Shown here: positions 1 to 8,000 of the stretch, one piece after another
Position numbering within the stretch: the first letter of the stretch is position 1
Layout of the letters: the number at the start of each line of letters is the position of its first letter
DNA from: Myxococcota bacterium
GTDB lineage: Bacteria > Myxococcota > XYA12-FULL-58-9 > JALHOP01
Reading direction: 5' to 3'
Assembly (NCBI GenBank): GCA_041288095.1
Contig: JBGGMJ010000026.1
Span: forward strand, 1-21,495
DNA: 21,495 nt
Program-made: the position numbers and the translations under genes
The notes under the pieces: generated by a model
The model's database searches: none
Told to the model about the DNA's origin: nothing
What the model saw: the letters and a program-made list of their open reading frames with translations, nothing else

Positions 1-153
1 GCTGGTCGCAACGCGCGCGGTGGCTTGTACCTCTACGACTCGTTGCGCAGCCCGACGTTGATGGAGATCACCGAGCCCGACGCCGCCGAGCGCTTGGCTC
101 GCGCGATGGGCTTTCATAGCCGCTACATCGTGCGTGTCAGCGGCAACCCCTGA
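1..153 (+). CDS. 3' end of a hypothetical protein (partial, starts before the window)
   Basis: Frame 1 is open from base 1 to TGA at 151-153 (AGRNARGGLYLYDSLRSPTLMEITEPDAAERLARAMGFHSRYIVRVSGNP*), with GC-rich third positions. It ends 43 nt before the yajQ ATG. Confidence 0.6.
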   Translation, partial: AGRNARGGLYLYDSLRSPTLMEITEPDAAERLARAMGFHSRYIVRVSGNP

Positions 154-196
154 GCCTGTCGACTCGGGGCCGCCCGCCGTGGCATGCCTTGGCGCC

Positions 197-703
197 ATGG
201 CCGGCAATCAATCTTTCGACGTAACCAGCGGCGTCGACATGCAGGAAGTCGACAACGCCGTGAACAACGCCAACAAAGAGCTCGCGCAGCGCTACGACTT
301 TCGTGGCGTCGACTACAAGCTCGAGCTCAAGCGCGCCGAGAAGGTCGTTCAGATCACGGCCGAAGACGAGTTCAAGCTGAACGCCATCTGGGACGTGCTC
401 GCCAACAAGATCGTCAAGCGCAACGTGCCCATCAAGAACTTGAAGCGCGAGGACGTAGAGAAGGCCTCGAGCTTCGCGGTCCGTCAGACCATCACGCTGC
501 AGCAGGGCGTGCCCATGGAGATCGCCAAGGAGATCGTGAAGTTCATCAAGGACGCCAAGCTCAAGAAGGTCCAGGCACAGATCCAGGCCGACCAGGTTCG
601 CGTCATGTCGCCTTCGCGTGACGAGCTGCAGAACGTCATGGCGCTGCTACGAGGTCACGACTTCAAGCTCGAGCTATCGTTCGGGAACTTCAGGTCGCAG
701 TAG
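197..703 (+). CDS. yajQ: YajQ family nucleotide/c-di-GMP-binding protein
   Basis: SFDVTSGVDMQEVDNAVNNANKELAQRYDFRG...LQQG...KVQAQIQADQVRV...RDELQ...FGNFR matches the YajQ pattern over its full length. Start moved from GTG 134 to ATG 197 to fit the family N-terminus. Confidence 0.95.
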   Translation: MAGNQSFDVTSGVDMQEVDNAVNNANKELAQRYDFRGVDYKLELKRAEKVVQITAEDEFKLNAIWDVLANKIVKRNVPIKNLKREDVEKASSFAVRQTITLQQGVPMEIAKEIVKFIKDAKLKKVQAQIQADQVRVMSPSRDELQNVMALLRGHDFKLELSFGNFRSQ

Positions 704-1047
704 TGCGCTGGCTCGTCGGCCTCTTCCTGGTGCTGAGCCCGCGGGTCGCGCTCGCCTACCACGACGACTGGACCGGCCCCGACAAGGTGCAACACTTCGC
801 GGTCGCGGGGGCGCTTGCCGCCGGGACCTATGGCGTGGTCGCGATCGCGGACGAAGATCTGCAGACGCGGCTGCTCGCCGGCTTGCTCGTGGCGGGGGGC
901 GCGGCGCTCGGCAAGGAAGCGATCGACGCCGCCGGAAATGGCGATCCTTCGTTTCGCGACCTGGCGTGGGACGGCGCCGGCATCGCGACCGGCCTGCTCA
1001 CGGCCTTCGCTTTCGACATGCTCGTGCAGTGGATAAGCGAGCCTTAG
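703..1047 (+). CDS. YfiM/DUF2279-like small membrane or exported protein
   Basis: Signal-like N-terminus, then DDWTGPDKVQHF, GKEAID and SFRDLAWDGAG motifs typical of YfiM-like proteins. GTG start overlaps the yajQ TAG stop (TAGTG). Confidence 0.8.
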   Translation: MRWLVGLFLVLSPRVALAYHDDWTGPDKVQHFAVAGALAAGTYGVVAIADEDLQTRLLAGLLVAGGAALGKEAIDAAGNGDPSFRDLAWDGAGIATGLLTAFAFDMLVQWISEP

Positions 1048-1826
1048 ATTCGTTCGAAGGCCGCTTTGACGGACGGTTCGCCGTATGTCCGCTCTAGCGA
1101 ACGCACCGTGAAGTGACCGTGCGCGAGCTCTTGGAAGTGATCCATGAAGATCGTGTTCACGGTGGCGCCGCCGATGGCGCCAATCGCGGGCAGCGCCGCG
1201 GCGAGCGCCTTCTCGGTGACCACGAGGCCGAAACGCGCGGCCACGGCACTGATGAAGCGGACGACCGCGGGAGCTTCGCGGGCGGCGGCGCCGCGGGTGA
1301 GGAGATGCCGGGCGGCATCGGAGGTAAGGCGGCCGATGGCGAGCCGCGTGGCGTAGTAGCTGGTGTCGGCGCCATCGTCTTGGGTTTGCGGACCGCCCAG
1401 CGCAAAGACCTGAAGGCACGCGAGCCGGGCCTCGATCTCGGTGAGATCTTCGCCGTGATGGCGGGCAATCTCGGCGATGGCGCGGAGCATGAGGGTGGTC
1501 GAGACCGGTAGCTCGACGATGAGGGCCGGCAGGCCAAAGAGGCCACCCACACCGCCGGTCAGCGCCGCGAACGCCAAGCTCAGGCGCTCGTTTACGGGCC
1601 CTCCCTTCCCGCCGCCTAGCGTCAAAATCGCGACTTCCAGGGCTTTCTGGATGGCCTCGGTAGCGGCCCGGTCGACGACGCCGCGGGCCTTGGCGGGCAG
1701 CATGGCGAGGCCTTTTTCGATGGGCGTACCGATGAGCTCGGCGACACGTCCGGCGATGCTCTGCTCGGTGAGCTGCTGCTTGGCGAGCGCCAGCCGCTCG
1801 CGGTCGGATGGGGTAAGGTCAGTCAT
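1044..1826 (-). CDS. EcsC family protein
   Basis: GGVGGLFGLPALIVELPVSTTLMLRAIAEIARHHGEDL...ACLQVFALGG...SYYATR...VAARFGLVVTEK...GHFTVRSLERTYG is the characteristic EcsC-family pattern. Confidence 0.85.
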   Translation of the reverse strand: MTDLTPSDRERLALAKQQLTEQSIAGRVAELIGTPIEKGLAMLPAKARGVVDRAATEAIQKALEVAILTLGGGKGGPVNERLSLAFAALTGGVGGLFGLPALIVELPVSTTLMLRAIAEIARHHGEDLTEIEARLACLQVFALGGPQTQDDGADTSYYATRLAIGRLTSDAARHLLTRGAAAREAPAVVRFISAVAARFGLVVTEKALAAALPAIGAIGGATVNTIFMDHFQELAHGHFTVRSLERTYGEPSVKAAFERI

Positions 1827-1884
1827 GGGCTTCTGCTACTAGTATGCGCAGAACCAGGGACGCTGGTAGGCTTCCGTCGCCTCC

Positions 1885-1891
1885 AAAGGAG
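1885..1891 (+). promoter_or_regulatory. Shine-Dalgarno site for the 56-aa ORF
   Basis: AAAGGAG lies 8 nt upstream of GTG 1900. Confidence 0.7.
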
Positions 1892-1899
1892 CTTGGACC

Positions 1900-2070
1900 G
1901 TGGAATGCCAAAAATGCGGTGAAGAGGTCGAAGAGCTTGTGCGGGTCAAGGTCGCCAAGAAGAGCATGAAGGTCTGCGAGCAATGCGCGGACGTGCTGCG
2001 CGAGAGCGAAGAGATCGCGGGCGAGGCCGAAGGCGCCATGAAAGACATGATGGGGTACAAAGGTCGGTGA
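1900..2070 (+). CDS. 56-aa zinc-ribbon-like microprotein (CxxC...CxxC), absent from the ORF track
   Basis: Manual translation: MECQKCGEEVEELVRVKVAKKSMKVCEQCADVLRESEEIAGEAEGAMKDMMGYKGR*. Strong SD, GC-rich third positions, and it fills the gap between ecsC and the SET gene. Confidence 0.85.
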   Translation: MECQKCGEEVEELVRVKVAKKSMKVCEQCADVLRESEEIAGEAEGAMKDMMGYKGR

Positions 2071-2118
2071 TTTTTTCGCTGTACGATTACGGCTCGACTC
2101 GCTACAGAACCCCTGCAC

Positions 2119-2634
2119 ATGGCCGACGCTAGACGTTCCGCTGAAGATGTCATTCCCCGGGTCAGCTCGAAGATCGCTCGCGGTGAGAGCCCGGCGCACG
2201 GGGCCGGCGCGTTCGCGACCGAGACGATTGCCAAAGGCGAGCTGATCGCCATTTTCACGGGGCGCATCACGCACGCGTCCGAGACGGACTTCGAGGACTA
2301 TCATCTGCAGGTTGGCGAGGAGCACTACCTCGGACCTTCGGGCGATCTCGACGACCTCGTGAACCATTCGTGCGAGCCGAACTCGGGATTCAGTCCGCAG
2401 AGCAAGAACGAGATGCCGATCCTCATCGCGCGGCGGGATATCGCGGCCGGCGAAGAGATCACGATGGACTACAACGGCATCATCGATGAGGGTGGTTGGG
2501 CCGGCTTTGCCTGCGGCTGTGGCACCGCCTACTGCACGGGCATGGTGCGGAGCTTTCGCGACCTGTCCGATATGAAAAAGCAGGCCTTGAAGCCCTGGGT
2601 CCTGCCGTACCTCCGCGAGAAATACTTCCGCTAG
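2119..2634 (+). CDS. SET-domain protein-lysine N-methyltransferase with post-SET Zn motif
   Basis: HGAGAFATETIAKGELI (SAM-binding motif), VNHSCEPN, ARRDIAAGEEITMDY (catalytic Tyr motif) and post-SET CGCGTAYCTG. Confidence 0.93.
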   Translation: MADARRSAEDVIPRVSSKIARGESPAHGAGAFATETIAKGELIAIFTGRITHASETDFEDYHLQVGEEHYLGPSGDLDDLVNHSCEPNSGFSPQSKNEMPILIARRDIAAGEEITMDYNGIIDEGGWAGFACGCGTAYCTGMVRSFRDLSDMKKQALKPWVLPYLREKYFR

Positions 2635-2637
2635 AGC

Positions 2638-5028
2638 GTGTGCCGCCGCGTGGTCTTACGGATACACTTGAGCGTGCACTTCTTCGCCGCGTTGGTCGCG
2701 TTGTTGTTGCTCCTTGCTCCCCTCGCTCACGCCGAGTCGACTGGTATCGTCGGGCGCTCGGGCAAACAGGCCGGCACGTTTTGCAATGCTTGCCACGGCG
2801 ACGGCACGTTCCTCACCGAAGCCGTCATCACCGGTCCTACCTCCGTCGCCGCGTCGTCCATCCACACCTACACGGTCACCATCTCGGTCGCGGGTCCCGA
2901 TGCGGCCAACGCGGTGAACGCCGGCTTCAACGCGGCGGCGAGCGCCGGAGTCCTGAGCAGCCGGGACTCATCGGTCCAGGTCGCGACCTTCGGAGGAGAA
3001 GCCGAGGTCACGCACGTGTTTCCGCCCAAGGATCTGATCGCCAACACGGTGAGCTATCAGTTTCGCTGGGAGGCACCGGCGGCGACCGGCACGTACACCA
3101 TCTACGCCGCCGGTAACGCCACCAATGGCTCCGCGACGGAGAGTGGCGACGACCCAGACCTCGCGACGCCGCTCCTGGTCACGGTGGATTGCCTCGACCC
3201 TGACTTCGATCAGGTGTGCGCCACGAGTCCCGACAACTGTCCCACGGAGTACAACCCCACGCAGAGCGACTGCGACAGCGACGGCGTCGGTGATGCGTGT
3301 GACGCGACCTGTGCCGCGCCCGCGTGCGCCGGCCTGTGCCTCGGGAGCTGCGGCGATATGATCGTCGATGCGCTCGAGGAGTGCGACGACGGCGTCGAGA
3401 CCACGACGTGCAACAGCAATTGCACCTTTGCTGGTTGCGGTGATGGGGTCACCAACGTGACGCGCGGCGAAGCTTGCGACGACGCCGGCGCCTCGGCCGA
3501 CTGCGACGCCGACTGCACGGAGCGCGTTTGTGGTGACGGCACGGTGAATCAGAGTGCCGGCGAGGCCTGTGATACGGCGACGAGCACGACCCAATGCGAC
3601 AGCGACTGCACGCAACCGTTGTGTGGCGACGGCTTCACCAATCCAACCACCGGTGAGCTGTGTGACGACAGCGGCTTCTCCGCTGCCTGCGACGCGGATT
3701 GCAGCCTGCCCGTGTGCGGTGACGCGGCGGTCAACTCCGCCGCCGGCGAAGCATGTGACGATGGCGACGCCGTTGGTGGCGACGGTTGCTCGGCCGACTG
3801 CACGCAAGTCGAGCCAGGTTGGGCGTGCGCGACGGGAGGCGCTGCGTGCACGGAAATCTGCGGCGACTTCCTCCGGGTCGGCACCGAGGAGTGTGACGAT
3901 GGCGGAGCGTCCGCGAGCTGCAACGCGGATTGCACGGTGTCGTCATGCGGCGACGGTGTCGTCAACGCCGCCGCCGGTGAGGTCTGTGACGAGGGCGACG
4001 CAGCGGCCAGCGGTGGCTGCGCGGGGGACTGTGGGCAGATTTTTCCGGGCTGGTACTGCAGCGCCGGAGCGCCTTGCGTGACCGTCTGTGGCGACAGCAT
4101 CACCAGCGGCGCCGAGGTCTGCGACAGCGGTGCCGAGTCAGCGGCGTGCGATGGCGACTGCACGGCGCCCGCGTGTGGGGACGGACGAGTGAACGCCGCG
4201 GCGCTCGAGAGCTGCGACGACCACGACGCGCTCTCCGGCGACGGCTGTAGCGCCTCCTGTACGACCGAGGCGGGCTGGCACTGCCCTGCCGGTGGTGGGT
4301 CCTGCTCGGGCACGTGTGGCGACGGCATCAAGGTCGCAAGTGAAGCGTGTGACGACGGGACGGCCAACAGTGACACTGTCGCGGACGCATGCCGCGGCGA
4401 TTGCACGCTGCCGCGTTGTGGTGACCAGGTCGCCGACAATGGCGAGCAGTGTGACCAGGGCACCGCCAACAGCGCCACTCTCGCCAACCACTGCCGCCTC
4501 GATTGCACGCTGCCGCGATGTGGAGACGCCATCGTCGACGGAGCCTATGGCGAGGGCTGTGACGACGCGAACGCGATAGAGGGCGATGGATGCAGCGCCA
4601 CCTGCACGCTCGAGCTCTGTGGCAACGGCGTGGTCGATGTCGGCGAGGAGTGCGACCAGGGGTTTGCCAACAGCAACGCCACGGCCGACGCGTGTCGCGG
4701 CACCTGCCTTGTGGCATTTTGCGGCGACGGCGTCATCGACACTGGCGAGGCCTGCGATGACGGCCGCAACAACTCCAGCGTGCTCGCGAACTTCTGCAGA
4801 ACCAGCTGCCAAGCAACGCGATGCGGCGACGGCATCGTCGACACCGGTGAAGACTGTGACGGGAGCGACGGCTGCGCCGCCGATTGTGCGCTGCGCGAGC
4901 AGGGGCTCGAGCAAAGCGGCTGTGCCGCGAACGAACGCGGTTCAGGTGCGGCGCTGGTCATCGCGCTGGCCTTGCTCTGGCGCGCGCGTCAGGGGTCGCG
5001 GCGGTACTTCACGGCGACCTCGAGATAG
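2638..5028 (+). CDS. Secreted surface protein: CxxCH reeler-like head, TSP3-like repeat, 15 Myxococcus-type Cys-rich (DUF4215-like) repeats, MYXO-CTERM-like anchor
   Basis: Signal peptide ends AHA|ES (true start may be GTG 2674). CNACH at 2782-2796; DNCPTEYNPTQSDCDSDGVGDAC at ~3190-3300; 15 CG[DN] units at 3349-~4887; tail SGCAANERGSGAALVIALALLWRARQGSRR. Confidence 0.88.
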   Translation: MCRRVVLRIHLSVHFFAALVALLLLLAPLAHAESTGIVGRSGKQAGTFCNACHGDGTFLTEAVITGPTSVAASSIHTYTVTISVAGPDAANAVNAGFNAAASAGVLSSRDSSVQVATFGGEAEVTHVFPPKDLIANTVSYQFRWEAPAATGTYTIYAAGNATNGSATESGDDPDLATPLLVTVDCLDPDFDQVCATSPDNCPTEYNPTQSDCDSDGVGDACDATCAAPACAGLCLGSCGDMIVDALEECDDGVETTTCNSNCTFAGCGDGVTNVTRGEACDDAGASADCDADCTERVCGDGTVNQSAGEACDTATSTTQCDSDCTQPLCGDGFTNPTTGELCDDSGFSAACDADCSLPVCGDAAVNSAAGEACDDGDAVGGDGCSADCTQVEPGWACATGGAACTEICGDFLRVGTEECDDGGASASCNADCTVSSCGDGVVNAAAGEVCDEGDAAASGGCAGDCGQIFPGWYCSAGAPCVTVCGDSITSGAEVCDSGAESAACDGDCTAPACGDGRVNAAALESCDDHDALSGDGCSASCTTEAGWHCPAGGGSCSGTCGDGIKVASEACDDGTANSDTVADACRGDCTLPRCGDQVADNGEQCDQGTANSATLANHCRLDCTLPRCGDAIVDGAYGEGCDDANAIEGDGCSATCTLELCGNGVVDVGEECDQGFANSNATADACRGTCLVAFCGDGVIDTGEACDDGRNNSSVLANFCRTSCQATRCGDGIVDTGEDCDGSDGCAADCALREQGLEQSGCAANERGSGAALVIALALLWRARQGSRRYFTATSR
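3349..4887 (+). repeat. 15 degenerate intragenic Cys-rich repeats (~29-48 aa)
   Basis: Units of CG[DN]x..GE.CD....C...C. Units 5, 7 and 9 carry an extra GWxC...C extension. Confidence 0.85.
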
Positions 5029-8000
5029 TCGAGCTTGACCTCCGCCGGCGTCGACCCGTTGCCCATGGGAAAGGTCGGCGTGAGCGCGAAATGCACGAGC
5101 GAGTCGTCGGCAAAAACCGATTGGCTCTCTTGTGGGCTCGCCGTCGTGTAGTCGATGACGCCGGGAGCGCCATCGACGCCGGCTCCGGTGCTAGCCGAAT
5201 TCACCCAACCGTTGCGCTCCGGCTGCCACACCAACAGGCGGGCACCGTCCAGGGGCGTATCGACGGCGGCGGTGACGAACCCCGTACCACTCGCGTGCGC
5301 TACGATCGTCAGGCCTTCGACGTCGGCGATGTCCGCTGATGCAAAGCGCCAATCGATGGATGCGATGAGCGCCGGTCGCTGATCTGGATCCGCGGCGAGC
5401 TCCCAGGTGTCGCGGCGCGAGCTGCCGCCAAAAAGGACCGCCTGGCGGCGCGCTACGTCGTACGCGAGTGTGTGTGCGAAGCGCGCCGGCGGATTGAGCC
5501 TCGATGGCGTGATCTCGATCCAGCGCGATCCCGTCCACTCCCAGGTGTCGCCGAGCTCCTCGCCGTCGGCAAGCTGTCCGCCATAAAGAACAACACGCTG
5601 GCGCGCGACGTCGTAGGTCATCGCGTGCGAGCTGCGCGGCGTAGGCGATGGCGACCCCACGGGCGTCACCTCGCGCCAGCAGAACGCGTCGTCGGTGATG
5701 CAGACCGGGATACCCCACTGGCCCCACTCCCACGTGTCGTCACAGGCTCGCCCAGCACCCATGTCGTCGCCCCGGCACTCACTGCTCGCGTCGAGGCCGC
5801 CAAAGAGGACCGCCACGCCGCGCGTCCTGTCGTAGGCCATGGCGTGGCGCGTGCGCGCCGAAGGCTGATCGGCGCCGAGCCCGCTTTCGTCCGACCACGT
5901 GTTCGTGACGCTGTCGTAGCGCCAGGTGTCGGCGCAATCTTTCGTGCCGCTGACGAGTGGGCATCGCGTGGTGGCGCTCGCCTGTCCGCGACTGCCGCCA
6001 AACATCACCACGCCCGGCGGCGTCGACGCCGTGACGTAAGCCATCGCGTGCGAATGCCGCGCCGGTGGCGCTCCGACGGCGTCGAGCACCTTGTCCCAGA
6101 AGCCGGCGCTGAACAGCCACGTGTCGCCGCACGTGTTGACCTCGCCGTCACAGAAGGTGCTGCCCTTGATACCGCCGAACATCACGACGCCGAGCGCGGT
6201 GGCGTCGTAGGCCATGGCGTGGCGAATGCGGATCGGCGGCTCCACGACGGGCGTCACATCGAGCCAGTTCGATCCCGTCCATGCCCACGTGCCGGGGTGA
6301 ATCGGTCCATTGGAGCCGCCAAACATGATCGCGCGCAGGCTCTCCTCGTCGTACGCCATGGCGTGCTTGTCGCGCGGCTCTGGCACACTCGCATCACCCG
6401 GCGTCGCTTCCGACCAGACGGACCCACCCCACTCCCAGACGTCGCCGCACAGTTCGGTGACGGAACCGGTGCAGACGGCCGTGGCCTTGCCGCCAAACAA
6501 CGTGACGCGCTTGCGTACGGGATCGAATTCCATTTCGCCAAAGCTGCGGCTGTCCGGCGTGATGGTGCTCGCCGTGTTGGGCGCGATCCACTGCGTGCCC
6601 GTCCATTCCCAAGTCTTCTCGCCGAAGAGCACCAAGCGCTCGCGCATGAAGTCGTACGCCATGCGATTGACGAACAGGGGCGATGGACGTGATCCGAAGA
6701 AGATCTCTTCGTCCCAGGTCGTGCCGTCCCACGACCACATGTCGGCGCGCGGCGACGTCGCGCGGCCGCCGTAGATGACGATGCGGCCGCGGATCGGATC
6801 GTAGGCCATGGCGTGATTCCAGCGCGCCGGCGGCAGCGCGCCGCCAGAGACCACCGGAGCCCAAGTCTCGCCGTCCCACTCCCACACGTCGTCGAGCTCG
6901 TTTGCCGACAAGCCGCCGAACAAGATGACCGTGCCGCGCTCGGGGAAGTAGGTCATGCGATGAAACTCGCGGCCCGGCGGCGACAGCGCGGGGGTCGCCT
7001 TTCTCCAGGCATTGCCGTTCCAGATCCATGTCTCGTCGGACAGCGTCCCCTCGACCGTGAGACCACCGAACATCACGGTGACGCCTCGGGCCGCGTCGTA
7101 GGCCATGGCGTGGCCGGCGCGTGGTGATGGGCTCTCGCCGCCGACGATCACGAAGTCCCAACGGGTTCCGTCCCACTCCCACACGTCTTGCAGCTTGCCG
7201 GCATCGTCTTGACCGCCGAACATGATGGTGCGACCGCGCTTCAAGTCGTACGCCGTCGCGTGCTCCGTACGCGCCTCCGGCTTGAGGGTCGTGGGAAAGC
7301 GCTGCGACCAGATGCGCTCGCTGGCCGCGGAGAGCGTCACGCCATCGGCGCCGCGCAGACGCACGCCCACGGGTGGGTCGACGACCGGCTCGAGCGCCCG
7401 CACCTCGTCTTGCGCGAGCGTCGCGCGAAACGATGGCGTCGTCACCACGGTGTGGGGATTGGCCACGGTGCTGTTTTCCACCTTGCCGGAGAGGGTCGCG
7501 ATCCAGACCGCGTCCCTAACCGCGATAGCTTGCGCGCCGTCCGCCGCGTTACCATTTGCGTCGCTCACGTTGCCCGCGGCGTCGACCGCGGCCACGTAGA
7601 GCACCGGCACGTCCACCTCGGCGAGATTGACCTCGGCAAAACCGCCATCCACGGTCACGTCGGCGCGCCCCAGCTCCGAGGTCGCCGCGGTCACAGCGCT
7701 CGCGTAGGCGACGACGACATGACACGCGTCGCCAGCGGGGACGGGAGCGTTAGGCGAACACGACGCGACGGCGCCGGCGCCCCCTCGCATGGTAAAGCGC
7801 GGTTCCCCTTGCGTAACGTCTCTGCCCCAGGGACTGCGCGTGTGCACCACGAGGTCACTTACGTTGACCGCGGGTGGCGCCGGCGCTTCGGTGTCGACCA
7901 CGAGGGGGAGATCGACGACGAGGGTCTCGACGTGCTCGTTGCCGCCCAAGTCGACCAATGTCGCTTGCAGGGTGTAGATGCCCTGGTCGTAGGTTGCGTC

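Noticed and set aside
1-153. LYLYDSL resembling a papain-like (C39/C48) peptidase strand motif
   Set aside because: The fragment is only 50 aa and no catalytic Cys or His is visible, so no family can be supported.
2071-2076. T6 tract after the microprotein stop as a possible intrinsic terminator
   Set aside because: No convincing GC-rich hairpin immediately upstream.
1819-2367. Minus-strand ORFs of 182 and 143 aa upstream of ecsC
   Set aside because: They are antisense to the zinc-ribbon microprotein and SET genes, which have an SD or clear motifs.
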